NCBI GenBank assembly: GCA_964016885.1
Contig: OZ024742.1
Span: forward strand, 24,738,001 to 24,802,000
Length of the DNA: 64,000 nt
Reading direction: 5' to 3'
Source of the DNA: Eledone cirrhosa
Lineage: Eukaryota
Of the stretch, positions 1 through 11,763 are shown piece after piece. Position 1 is the first letter of the stretch. Each line of letters opens with the position of its first letter. Under the pieces are notes generated by a model, which saw only the letters and a list, made by a program, of their open reading frames with translations, was not told the origin of the DNA and made no database searches. The translations under genes were made by a program, and so were the position numbers.

Positions 1-27
1 CGAAAAAATATATAGTGTACGGGGAAA

Positions 28-1386
28 ATGGTTCATTCACAATCCATTCCCCCCCCGGAACTAAAAAGCCAGAGACTCCTAAACACGGTCATGTTTAGGA
101 CAATCTCGAACAAAAGTAAAAAACCAGCTCAACCATCACAGAGCGAGATAGAGCTGGTTTTAAAAGACGTCATGAAGGACATCACCTTCATTCAGAAGGA
201 TAGACTCTACGGGAGTCTATCCATTCTCATGAAGGACAGGGACACAGCAGTGAAACTGTTCATCAAACCAATCACATCCACCGCATACACCTTCTACCCT
301 ACGTACATGGGTAGAAGAACACAAAAAATAAAAATCCACACCATCCTGCCGATTATGGACACATGGTGGGTTTTGACAGGTTTTCTGGACCTGGAGGATG
401 ACATGCTGGTGTCCATGGGAAAGGCATCGGGTGACGCGTTCAGTGGAATGAGCCTCGAACTTGTAGTTCAAATGAGGCCCGAAAGGATCGCCCAGATCCC
501 TGAACGCGTCATACTGGATGATCTAACCTTTATCAACATTACCGTTGAGGGTAGACGGCCCTCGTGTTACCTCTGCGGAACCAGAGGTCACCTGAGGGCT
601 GTCTGTCCCCAACTTAATAAGAAAACCCCAATCCTGCCTACACCACCAACAACTGCACAACCAACACAATCACCACAACTACCACTACAAAAACAACCAC
701 CACAGCTCAAACCAAAACAAAACAATGTCCAACCCATCCCCTCCACTCAAAAAACAAAAACAATTTCCAAAACACCCGTACCGCAAACACAACCCGAAAA
801 TATACCCCTCCCCTCCAACGCGGAAGATGACCCTAGTTCGTCGTCAGACGAGGAGGAGCACTTCCACACAATCAAAAGAAAAAAAAGAAAACACACCTCA
901 GACACACAAATGAAAAAAAACCCTCCCCAAAACATAACACTGACACCAACACAAAAGAGCTCACAACAACAGCAAACAAAAAACACCACACAAAAACAAA
1001 AACATGCATACACATACATAAATACAAGAAACAAAAAACTGTTAAACATTGTGTACAACAACAATCTAATAAAAACACAAGGGCCTAACTTCACCCAGGC
1101 AGGGGATTTCCCCCACCTCAAAATGATTAAGGCCCCACAGGACACCTATAAAACTTTAAAAAACAATTTTAAAGAGGACGTGGGTCCCCCCTGCGTCGGG
1201 CCCATTAACCGCGTCCTCCTAAAAAACTATCCCACCCCCTCCCCAAACACCCACACAACTCCAAGCTCCCTAACCACACAACACACTGATGCCCCCACAC
1301 TTCCACAAACCACCACCCCACCCAACAACCCATCCCCCACCATAATGGAAATTGTGCAGCCCGATACCCGGGATGCAGAGAGGTAA
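28..1386 (+). CDS. LINE ORF1p (gag-like nucleic-acid-binding protein)
   Basis: 452 aa; CYLCGTRGHLRAVC = CX2CX4HX4C zinc knuckle, followed by Pro/Gln/Thr/Lys-rich tail; directly upstream of ORF2. Confidence 0.85.
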   Translation: MVHSQSIPPPELKSQRLLNTVMFRTISNKSKKPAQPSQSEIELVLKDVMKDITFIQKDRLYGSLSILMKDRDTAVKLFIKPITSTAYTFYPTYMGRRTQKIKIHTILPIMDTWWVLTGFLDLEDDMLVSMGKASGDAFSGMSLELVVQMRPERIAQIPERVILDDLTFINITVEGRRPSCYLCGTRGHLRAVCPQLNKKTPILPTPPTTAQPTQSPQLPLQKQPPQLKPKQNNVQPIPSTQKTKTISKTPVPQTQPENIPLPSNAEDDPSSSSDEEEHFHTIKRKKRKHTSDTQMKKNPPQNITLTPTQKSSQQQQTKNTTQKQKHAYTYINTRNKKLLNIVYNNNLIKTQGPNFTQAGDFPHLKMIKAPQDTYKTLKNNFKEDVGPPCVGPINRVLLKNYPTPSPNTHTTPSSLTTQHTDAPTLPQTTTPPNNPSPTIMEIVQPDTRDAER

Positions 1387-1410
1387 GTGCCTTTTCTCTT
1401 CACCACCAAC

Positions 1411-4400
1411 ATGGCTATGCTAAGAGTAGGCTGTTTAAATGCGCGTGGCCTGGGCTCAACTTGGAAGCAAGCAATGCTTCTAAATGACCTCAGGTCACAA
1501 CGTATAGATGTGATGGTTATTTGCGAGGCCCGGATCAGCAACGTGCGACAGCTGGCCCCCACCTTTGATGACTTTGAGATGCACGCATCTCTCTGTCAGT
1601 CCGGAGGTGGGGGTGGAGTTGTTGTTCTGCTGCAAAAACATCTGGGTCTCGCAACACAGATGGTACATTTGGACCCGGAGGGTCGACTAGTGGTTCTGGA
1701 CCTTGGCAGTGGTAAAGGCGGAGCGTTTAGGTTGGTAGCCGCCTACGGCCCTTTCGGGTCAATGCGGCCGGACTTCTTCCATCGTCTGGAGACTTTTCTA
1801 GGGACGTCCCGCTCCTTGCTATTAGTGGGGGACTGGAATGGTATCCTAGATGCACGCTGGGACTACGTAGGGGCCTGCCCCGATAGAGAGGGGTGTAATA
1901 GCCTCAAAGGGTTAATCGGTCGATTTGACCTGGTCGATAGATATCGACTAGATTTTCCGACTGCGCCAACCTGGACTTGGGCAAATCGTAGCGGATCATC
2001 TAGGTCGTACCTAGATAGGTTCTTAGTTAGAATTAAGGATAAGGACTTTTTAAGTTGTCCAAAAATGCACATGGTTGGCTATTCAGACCACAAATTAGTG
2101 ACCTGCATGGTCAACCTTGACAGAACTCATAGACAGGGCCCCGGTTACTGGAAGCTCAACTTGTCCTTGCCGGCAAGTAGAGCCTACAGGAATCGGATTA
2201 GTACGTTAGTTAAGGAACGGTTGACTGGAGCGATCGTCAACAGCAGGTGGTGGGTATCTCTAAAGAGAGAGATTAGAGTAGTCTCGATAGAATTTAGTAA
2301 GGTTCTAGCTGCGGATAGGAATAGGAAGGAAAGGGAGCTAATAGATAGAGTAGAAGAGGCAATTAGAAGCGGCGACGTGGCCAGAGTGCTAGCGTCGAGA
2401 ACGGCTTTGAGCCAGTTTTTCGACGCGAAGCACGAAGGCTGCGTTGTCCGAAGTAAAATACGTGCTCTAGGGAACGAGGGGACCAAAGCTGTTAGCTGGG
2501 CCCGCGTGACAGAGGCCAACAGTGGAACTAAATCCACCATCCGGTCTTTGCGAGACCTGGATGGACGGGCGATTCTTGAGCCTAAGCAGATGTGTGAGGC
2601 CTTTCAAAGGCACTTTGCCCGACTGTTCGGGAGGGGCGGGGAGCCGGTTGGGAACGTCGACTTCGGTCCATACCTCGACAGCCTGCCGCGCCTCTCGGAC
2701 AGGGAGGCGAAGTCCTGCGAGGAGCCGATTTCGGCCGCTGAGATAGAGGACGTGCTGAGCCAATGCGGTAAACGCAAATCCCCGGGTCTCGATGGTCTTC
2801 CTTACGAATTATATCTAGCTATGCCGGACTTGTTCCCCGATCTCCTCGAGGCGGTCTACTGCAACTGGCAACAGAACGGGAGAATTCCCTGTACTGTGAC
2901 CAAGGGCGTAGTCACGCTAGTGAGGAAGGACGAGAACAAGGGGGACGAAATAAGTAACTTCAGGCCCATAACACTGCTAAATACGGAGTTACAGATTTTG
3001 GCCAAGGTGCTAGCAAAGAGGTTGGCGCTTGTCGTGGGCAACCTGGTTGGAGATGCGCAGACATGCGCTATCCCGTCCAGGTCCATCCATGACAACCTCC
3101 ACCTCATGCGATACATCATAGAGAGGGTTGGGAACGAACCCGGCTTTGGTGGGGCTCTGATCAACTTGGATCAATCTAAGGCGTTCGATAGGGTCGACCA
3201 TGGTTACCTGGATGCGGTGCTAGCGGCGGCAGGCTTCGGACCCGTTTTCAGGGGCTGGATCACTGCTATGCACAGCAGCCGCATCTGCTCTAGGGTCAAG
3301 GTGAACGGCTACCTCTCGGAGCCGTTCAAAATCGCGCGGTCCATCCGACAAGGGTGCCCTCTCTCCTCCCTTCTGTATGTGGTGACTCTCGAGCCACTAC
3401 TGCGGAAGTTGGAGTTGTTTCAGGGCATCCCTTTGGAACCGGGATTGCGGAAAGCGGTGTCGGCCTACGCCGATGACGTGACAGTAATGGTGTCGACGGC
3501 CTCCGAAATCAAGGCGGTCGGCACCTTACTGGAGGAGTACGAAAAGTTCACAGGGGCTAAGCTGAACCGGGACAAGTCGATCGGTTTGCAACTTGGCACG
3601 TGGAGGGGCAGACCGATGCCCTCCGATGGCGTCGTCGGACGCTGGACGGAGGGCCCGGTGAAGTTGCTCGGGGTCTGGTTCGGACCGGACCTCCAGGTGG
3701 AGAAAAACTGGGCGGAGGTTACGAACAGGGTGTTTGCACTGACCCAGAAGTGGGCCAGTTGCAAACTATCCCTGAAAGGTCGGGCGGAGGTGGCGAACAC
3801 CTACATAGCGTCCGTCATCTACTACCGCCTGACCGTAGTGCCCTGCCCAAGGGAAACCCTCACCAAGATGGAGCGCGCGCTCTTCCAATTCCTTTGGAAG
3901 AGGCGGGCTCCTATGGTGAGGAGATCCATCTGCTGTCAACACCCTTCGAAAGGAGGGCTGGGGATGCCGTGGCTAATGATGCGTAAACACGCATTAAGGC
4001 TACGGCACCTCTACGTATTCCTCACCGGACAACCGGTGTGGGCCTCGTTTGTGAGACGAACCTTTCCCAGACTCGTCTCACTCACCGAGCTGCAATCCTG
4101 GGTCAAGCAAAGACCGAGAAAACTGGGCGCCTGGCACACTGAGTGTGCCCAGGCGCTCACCGCCCTCTGGCAGGCGGATCCGGTTATCAGTGGAGACTCC
4201 ACCGCAACATTCTATAGAGGGCTGGTACGCAGCAGGTGCGACGACGCCCTCGGAGAAGCCCTAGACATGGAGGAGGACGAACTGGCCAGCCTGTTCGGTA
4301 GGACATTCAGCCCGGGACCTATGGACAACTTCCAGAAGTCCCTGGTCTGGCAGTGCTACCGAGGGGCTTTACCCGTTCGAGAAAGGCTCTACAGACACGG

Positions 4401-4848
4401 GCGCCCGGGTAGGGACACCGCCAAAAAGATCTGTCCCAGATGCGTGTGCGATGAGGAAACCGTTGCACACGCATTGGTACACTGCTCGGGCGTAGCCGAT
4501 CTGTGGGGCTATGTCGAACAACTGCTGTGAAGGGTGGGACCGATCCGGTTGACCACCGAGTCTATTGTAATGATCAAGCCGCCTCCCCCCTTCAAAGATG
4601 AAGCAGAGGCGGTGTTTCTGTGCGTAATAGCCATGGCGAAAGAGGTTGTATGGTGGACGCGTCTGAAAGGACTGAGGTCAGGCACCTTTCTCTCTGGCCA
4701 ACAACTGGTCCGTTTCTTCCGATATCATTTCGGAAGAAGGATCAGGATGGAGAGAGAGGTGCTGCACCCCAGCCGTTTCTATGAAAGATGGGTGAAAGTG
4801 GCGAGAATGGCCCGTGTGAATGGGCCTTCACTCTACATCAGACTATAG
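1411..4848 (+). pseudogene. Tx1 ORF2p: APE endonuclease + reverse transcriptase + C-terminal zinc finger, one in-frame TGA at 4528-4530
   Basis: LNARGL, GDWN, YLDRF, SDHK, GYWKLN (APE); KSPGLDG, FRPITLLN, DQSKAFDRV, QGCPLS, YADD (RT); CPRC..ETVAHALVHC; frame continues after TGA to 4848; second copy has TCA at this codon. Confidence 0.93.
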
Positions 4849-5113
4849 GTGAGGAAGATGAAAGACCAAGGGAGCACCCCTTCTCTGTGCTCCTGAGGAG
4901 AAGGGTTGCACACTTTTTTCGGGGGTGTGTGCGACCCCCCAAGGCGCCTCCTCTCTATTGAGGATTTTGTTATAAATTTTATTTTTTGTTATATCTTATT
5001 TTATTTTTATATTTTGTTATTGCCTCCTCCTTATTGAGGACGCCTTTTTGTGTAAACTCCCCCCTTTGTACTTGTCCCACTTTTGATGCCCTAGTGGCAA
5101 ATAAAAGAAACAT

Positions 5114-5572
5114 ATCTACTGAGGAGGGTAGTGTTGTCATTAGTGTATCATCTTATTTGTGAGGAGGACTAGCAACCTATCTACTGAGGAGGGTAGTGTT
5201 GTCATTAGTGTATCATCTTATTTGTGAGGGGGACTAGCAACCTATCTACTGAGGAGGGTAGTGTTGTCTTTAGTGTGTCATCTTATTTGTGAGGAGGACT
5301 AGCAACCTATCTACTGAGGAGGGTAGTGTTGTCATTAGTGTATCATCTTATTTGTGAGGAGGACTAGCAACCTATCTACTGAGGAGGGTAGTGTTGTCAT
5401 TAGTGTATAATCTTATTTGTGAGGAGGACTAGCAACCTATCTACTGAGGAGGGTAGTGTTGTCATTAGTGTATCATCTTATTTGTGAGGGGGACTAGCAA
5501 CCTATCTACTGAGGAGGGTAGTGTTGTCATTAGTGTATCATCTTATTTGTGAGGATGACTAGCAACCTATCT
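5114..5572. repeat. 65-bp minisatellite, 7 near-identical copies
   Basis: Unit ATCTACTGAGGAGGGTAGTGTTGTCATTAGTGTATCATCTTATTTGTGAGGAGGACTAGCAACCT starting at 5114, 5179, 5244, 5309, 5374, 5439, 5504. Confidence 0.95.
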
Positions 5573-5824
5573 GTGAGGTTGTTAATGCTGTCATTGGCCT
5601 CTCATCCCCTTGAAGTTATGAGAAACCTGAGATAATTTTTATTGCTATAAGGTGCTGAGGATTGGAAAATTAAAACTACGTAAAAAATGACACCCACACA
5701 TCCTAAAACATACAGACACACACACACATACATATACACACACACACATACACACATACATATACACACACACACATACAGACATACACACACTCTTAAG
5801 TGAAATTTGAAACAGAACATTACT

Positions 5825-6185
5825 GTCTCCTTTCTTCTCTCCCGTTAACTCCTGCTCTCTTTCCCTTCTCCACCTGCTCTCTTTCCCTTGTCCCCACCTG
5901 CTCTCTTTCCCTTGTCCCCACCCGCTCTCTTTCCCTTGTCCCCCTCCTCTCCTTCCCTTTTCCCCTCTCTCCCTGCTCTCCTTCTTTACTCTGTCTTCTC
6001 TCCTTTCCACTCTCTCCCTCTCTCTCTTTTTTCCACTCTCTCCCATCTCTCTTCCCCTCTCCCCTCTCTCCTTATTTCCACTATCTCCTCTGTTCCTCCT
6101 CTCCCCTTCTCTCCACTATTTCCTTCTCTCTCCACCACCCCCTTTCCTCCTTGTTTCCTCTATCTCCTCTTTCTCTCTCCATTGC
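5825..6185. repeat. Polypyrimidine (CT-rich) low-complexity tract
   Basis: Almost only C/T, with short repeats of CTCTCTTTCCCTTGTCCCCAC. Confidence 0.85.
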
Positions 6186-6575
6186 TAGTTTCCTTGTTCT
6201 CACAACCATTTCTCAGATTCACTCTGCTTCTTGGATCTTGAGCTGGTAAAAACACCGAAAAAGATTTCACCAGAATCTTTCATATATTTATTTTTCTCTG
6301 AGATAATCTAGAATGGCCACTGAACCATTCGAGAGATTGAGAAATTGTGTAACAACTACAACAACACAAAAACAACAATAAAGATATTTTGGAGGGGGGG
6401 GGGGGTTTAAGAAGAATACAAAACAAAAAAAATTAACCCACTGGATGAATATTTATTAAGTAAGGCTATATATATATAGATATATATATGTATATATATA
6501 TATATATTTATATGTTTATGTATACACACACATATACACACACATATATATATGTATTTATGTACACACACATAT

Positions 6576-6612
<37 letters not shown>

Positions 6613-7029
6613 TGTATTTATGTACACACACACATATACATATATATATATATATATGTTTGTGTGTGTGTGTGTACATAAAAATATAAATAAGAAAGGT
6701 AGAATATGTTTATCACTATTGGAAAAGTTGAATATGAGGAGCAGAGAGCAAAATATCACCCACCATTAATGGAAAGGAAAAGAAAATAATATAAATAAAT
6801 ATCAAACAGACCAAAAAATAAATTCATAAAGAGAGGTGTGTGTGTGTGTGAGAGAGAGAGAGAGTGGGGGAGAGAGAAGGAATATTCAAATTAGATAGTT
6901 GAACTTGCATACAGAATTCAATGAGCCGTGAAAAGCAGCTGTTATTAGAAAAATATCTTTAGCTTAGAGAAAAAATCAGCTCTCGTCGTCCCAGGTGAAA
7001 ATGGAGAGCAATGTATGTAGAAGATAGGT

Positions 7030-7830
7030 GAACTGTGTATGTCTGTGTGGTGAGCTGTGTATGGGTGTGTGGTGAGCTGTGTATGTCTGTAGTGAGCTGT
7101 GTATGTCTGTGTAGTGAGCTGTGTATGTCTGTGTGGTGAGCTGTGTATGTCTATGTAGTGAGCTGTGTATGTCTGTGTAGTGAGCTGTGTATGTCTGTGT
7201 GGTGAGCTGTGTATGTCTCTGTGGGGAGCTGTGTATGTCTCTGTGGTGAGCTGTGTATGTCTATGTGCGGTGAGCTGTGTATGTCTATGTAGTGAGCTGT
7301 GTATGTCTGTGTGTGGTGAGCTGTGTATGTCTGTGTAGTGAGCTGTGTATGTCTGTGTAGTGGGCTGTGTATGTCTGTGTAGTGAGCTGTGTATGTCTAT
7401 GTGGTGAGCTGTGTATGTCTATGTGGTGAGCTGTGTATGTCTGTGTAGTGAGCTGTGTATGTCTGTGTAGTGAGCTGTGTATGTCTATGTGGTGAGCTGT
7501 GTATGTCTATGTAGTGAGCTGTGTATGTCTATATGGTGAGCTGTGTATGTCTATGTAGTGAGCTGTGTATGTCTATATGGTGAGCTGTGTATGTCTAAGT
7601 GGTGAGCTGTGTATGTTTGTGTGTGGTGAGCTGTGTATGTCTGTGTATCTGATTTGTGTCTGTGTGATGAGCTGTGTGCATGATATGTGTATTTGATGAG
7701 CTGTGTGTGCATGTGTGTGTTTGATGAGCTGTGTGGTTTGTATCTGTGATAAGCTCTGTTGTGTGTGTGTGTCAATGTGATGAGCTGTGTGTGTGTCTAT
7801 GTACTTGTCTGTGTGATGAGCTGAGTGTGT
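7030..7830. repeat. ~22-bp minisatellite (GAGCTGTGTATGTCTGTGTAGT)n, decaying 3'
   Basis: More than 25 copies of GAGCTGTGTATGTCT visible; related units at 26520-26650. Confidence 0.9.
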
Positions 7831-8580
7831 GTGGGAAGACTGAAGAGGGAGACAGTATAGGTTATTATAATAAGAAGCGAGGGAAGTTAAACGTAGTCAA
7901 CGTTTATACAGAGAACAACCACTAGAACTAAACTGGTATGTTTATGTGTATATGTATTCTATACTACTAGACTTGTATCAATAACTCTAGCTGGAGTATT
8001 GTCTCACTAACACAGAATCTCATGTCAAACTCAGGGCCACTGAATACTTGTTTAGTAACATTTATGTTTTGGATAAAAATACTCATCATCATCATTTTTA
8101 CATCAGTTTTTCTATGCTTGAATGGGTTGAGTCAGTCTTTCTTTCAGCACAGCATTTCTCCAATTACTGCATTCCTTCATCATCTCCTCTCTGTTTCTGG
8201 GATTTGTGATTATCCTCCAACACCTCTGCCCAGGTCTTCCTTGGTCTACATCTGTCTCTTACTGCAGCTTCCTTCCACTGTTATTTCCCCAGTGATCATC
8301 ATCCATAAATATCAGATGTCTATGCAAACACATTTTCTCTCTTGCACACCAATAATAATAATTTGAAATTTGAAATGTAATCATCCCCAAGCAGATGACC
8401 AGAATAATAGATAATCAACAATAATAGTTGAGAAAATAAACATATACCAGGCATCCTGCAGATTAGAAGCTGAGCAAATGTCATTAGTATATACCATGGT
8501 TACAAATAAATTAGGGGTTTTCATTATGATGAGTTTCCAGCTGTAGAGACACTGCATCAACTGAAGAGTCTTCTGAGTGT

Positions 8581-8647
8581 GTTTTATCATGGCACCATCA
8601 CTAGGGAGGTTGTTAATTATTGCTTCAACTGAAGAGTCCCTGGGTGT

Positions 8648-8689
<42 letters not shown>

Positions 8690-8756
8690 ACACCCAGGGA
8701 CTTTTCAGTTGAGCCAATAATTAACAATCTCCCTAGTGATGGTGCCATGATAAAAC
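8581..8756. repeat. ~70-bp inverted repeat with (TA)n loop
   Basis: 8581-8651 GTTTTATCATGGCACCATCACTAGGGAG...GGGTGTGTTT is the near reverse complement of 8686-8756. Confidence 0.9.
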
Positions 8757-8862
8757 TGGCTTTTTGCTACAATATTTTCTATACCTTTCATTTATATATA
8801 TATATATATATTTATCAAATAATGGTAGTTAAGACAGGATTAAATCACCATAATTGTTTGTT

Positions 8863-8913
8863 GTCTTATATATATTTCTGTTATATGCTTAATCATGTGA
8901 CTTTGTCAGATGC
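8863..8913 (-). ncRNA. Degenerate hammerhead ribozyme (inverted copy of 9050-9100)
   Basis: Minus strand gcat-CTGACAA-agtcacatgattaagcatataaca-GAAA-tatata-TA-agac; core G8 changed to A. Confidence 0.55.
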
Positions 8914-9049
8914 TTATGCAACCATTGGTGGAGTTATGTAATCATTGTGATATACCAGTGGTCATATGCCAAACCACTTCACTACTGGATAGACCTGCAT
9001 GGCCACTGATATATTACCATGATTTATAACTACACCAATGATTGCGTAA

Positions 9050-9100
9050 GCATCTGATGAAGTCACATGAATAACCATGTAGCAGAAATATATATAATGC
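9050..9100 (+). ncRNA. Type I hammerhead ribozyme
   Basis: gcat-CTGATGA-agtcacatgaataaccatgtagca-GAAA-tatata-TA-atgc: helix I gcat/atgc, helix II acatg/catgt, palindromic helix III ATATATAT. Confidence 0.75.
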
Positions 9101-9199
9101 AATAAACAATTATGGTGATTTAATCTAATCTAAACTATAATTATTTGATAATGTACAAAAGTGAGCTGACGACCAAAACCTGATGTACACCTACTTGTA

Positions 9200-10150
9200 T
9201 CTGGAATTCCTCACTAAACTTCATTCCTACTCTCACTTTACTGACATCACCTATGTAAATAGCTTGCACTGTCCTCACAAGCTATTCCTCTACACCTAGT
9301 TTTCTTAGGGACCACAAGATGACAGATTGGGGTACTCTATCAAGGCCTTCTCTAGGTCAACAAAAGCTAAGTATAGAGGCTTATTCTTCTCTAAGAACCT
9401 CTCTTGTAGTTGTCTTACTTAGAAGAGGTAACTGTTGTATTTTGCCAGGCACAAAACCAAACGCATCTCATCTCATTTGACCCTTTCTCTAATTAGTTGA
9501 GCTAGTATTCTTTCTGCCACTTTCATAACCTGATCCATCAGTTTTGTGCCCCTATATTGCTCCTCTTCAGAGCATCCACTTTACCTTTGTAGTAATTTAT
9601 AAGAATACTGCTGCACCAGTCTTTGGGTATGACTGCCATATATAGCTTGATTGACGATGCGTGCAACCAGTTTAGTTCCTACTTCTCCTGATGCGTTCAG
9701 CATCTCAGCAACTATCCCCGATGGTCCAGCAGCCTTGCCACTTTTCATTTCCTAAACTGCCTCTTGACCCTATAATTGTCAATCTCAATAGCTGGTCCCT
9801 GTCGGGTCTATTGGGGGTAGTTTCTCTCTCTCTCTCACATTCGTTGTCAACATTCATCAGTCTCTCATAATGACATTTCCAGGCCTCCTTTTTCTGAGCA
9901 TCAGTGACTCTAAGTGCACCAGCATCATTTCAGACACACTTATCTCCAACAACATCCTGATTTACACTGACACACTGCCTTGCAATGCAGAACACTGCAC
10001 GTCTCTGATCTTCTTGTCGCAGAACATTGGCAAACCTACTCTCAGCTTCCCTGCATGCTAAGTACATCTGACATCTAGCTTCTCTTTTAGCGGCTGTGTA
10101 TCGGTCTCTACTCCTACCATTTTCCCAAGCCTTCCATGCTAGTCTTTTGT
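9200..10150 (-). mobile_element. Old RTE LINE relic (RT region)
   Basis: Minus strand encodes LAFVDLEKAL/DRVP-like and QDVVGDKCV*NDAG motifs, colinear with RTE at 28318-31400. Confidence 0.75.
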
Positions 10151-10569
10151 CTTTAATATATATTCACTGTAATTAGTTATTTCTCCTAAGTTACTTATAC
10201 ATATAATCCTGTATGTAATTTCTACATCATATCCTATATATAAATTATTAGAATACCCATTGTTAGCATGAAGAAATGGAATTGGTAATCATTGGTAATC
10301 TGTGGTATTTCTCCTCTGTCTAGAACTGTATAGTGGAGTATCTCCACAGTCTGTATGGTTCCTTATTGCTTCAGTTTAACTAAATGCTGAATATGTAGAT
10401 ATTGCAAGAGAGATATGTTAAATGTCAAACATTAGTGAGGGCACATATCTCAGAAGTTAGGGTATTCAGCTAAAAAACCTGAGTTTAATTCCTAGTAGCA
10501 CACTCTGTCTATTTTTTTCTTTTTTTTTTGGTATGTGAACATATTAATTTGTAGTGAAGTATAAGGTCA

Positions 10570-10590
10570 GCAGAGCCATCTAGTGGCGGA
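10570..10590 (-). promoter_or_regulatory. CTCF-like binding motif
   Basis: Minus strand CCGCCACTAGATGGCTCTG resembles CCASYAGRKGGC consensus, GC-rich island in AT-rich unique DNA; motif match only. Confidence 0.3.
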
Positions 10591-11004
10591 AAAATGAACC
10601 ATTTGGGAGTTACCTCCTCCTGTTCTTCATATAAGGTGAACCGTTATTTTCAACTTCCTCTTTTTGGCTAATCTGTCCTTGTGACAGATGCGGTTTACAG
10701 CCATTGAGCAACTCCTCTACACACACGCACAGGATTGAATTACACACTAACTAACTGGTACGAATCTTGACTATAATTATCTACATGCACTCAAACAAAT
10801 AAAGACAATTATTTATTAGTATTTTCTGGACGTCTTTCTTGTTCATTGCTAATAATATCATGTTTGTATAAAAAATATACACGCGGAGAAAATGTTGATA
10901 GAGTATTATGTCTCATCTAATATTAAATTAGTGGGGTTGATTTGTAAAAACCAGCTCCACAAAAAATTAAATATGAAAGCATTTATTTGAAGTCATATAA
11001 GAAT

Positions 11005-11330
11005 TATTAGACTATTTGACTCAAGATCATAAGGTTGTGAGTTTGATTCCCAGCATGGTATTGTGTCCTTGAGCAAGACATTATATTTCATTATATTTCA
11101 TGTTTCTCCACTCCTTTCAGCTGACAAAAGAATGTGTTGTTCTTGTAATACAAAGAGCTAACCTTGTCCTTCACTATATCATGCTGAATCTCCCTGAGAA
11201 CTGTGGTAAGTGTACATGTGTGTCTGTGTGTAGATTGGCCAGTCACTGGCATGTTAATTTCAATAACAAGCTGTTCCATTATTCAAACAACTGAAAAACT
11301 TGTCATTGAACTGACAATGTCAACAACATG
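11005..11330 (+). mobile_element. tRNA-derived SINE (GTGTCCTTGAGCAAGACA family)
   Basis: B-box-like GTGAGTTTGATTCCC then TGTGTCCTTGAGCAAGACA; body similar to 27060-27300, 31760-31930, 49000-49290, 51100-51290. Confidence 0.65.
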
Positions 11331-11704
11331 AACTGTCAAATTTCAGAAAGCAGATGACATCAAATATAAGTCCTCCTGATGGTTTATTCTTTCTAGGAAT
11401 CCAAATTACAGGCTCTGCCCTAGAAAAACATGATTTCACATGTCACAAAATCTAATGGAAAAGATAATTTAGGCAAAGAAAATATCACAATTGTTTCCTG
11501 TTTTATATTTCAGAATCTAGCATTAAATTTGGAATCTTAATTGTGATTAATTTTATGCAATTACATAGATTTTCAAACTTATAGAAGCCATTCAATCATG
11601 TATAATTTTATTTATTGAAAAAATAAAATTAGATGAATTTCCAAAGTTTTCTTTCAATGATTTCTGTATCTTAAGAATAGGAACAAACCTAATATACATA
11701 AAAA

Positions 11705-11763
<59 letters not shown>

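Larger units (their letters stand above)
1..5110 (+). mobile_element. Tx1/L1-clade non-LTR retrotransposon, near intact (5' end may lie outside window)
   Basis: ORF1 with CCHC knuckle, ORF2 APE-RT-CCHC, 3' UTR ending GTGGCAAATAAAAGAAA; homologous to copy at 42690-47046 and 3' fragment at 13680-14021. Confidence 0.95.
8812..9151. mobile_element. Diverged ~340-bp fold-back element carrying a hammerhead ribozyme in each arm (Penelope pLTR-like)
   Basis: Arms TTATCAAATAAT...CAGTGGTCAT / ATGGCCACTG...ATTATTTGATAA pair imperfectly; HHR cores in both arms. Confidence 0.8.

Noticed and set aside
4528-4530. In-frame TGA as selenocysteine or programmed read-through
   Set aside because: Sister copy has TCA (Ser) here; a simple nonsense mutation is more parsimonious
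5114-5572. Regular repeat resembling a CRISPR array; also contains CTGAGGA
   Set aside because: No unique spacers, eukaryotic context, no cas genes; no GAAA or helices for a hammerhead
8625-8712. CTGAAGA followed by a long stem as a hammerhead
   Set aside because: Stem is followed by TTTTCAG (mirror of the left arm), not GAAA; just an inverted repeat
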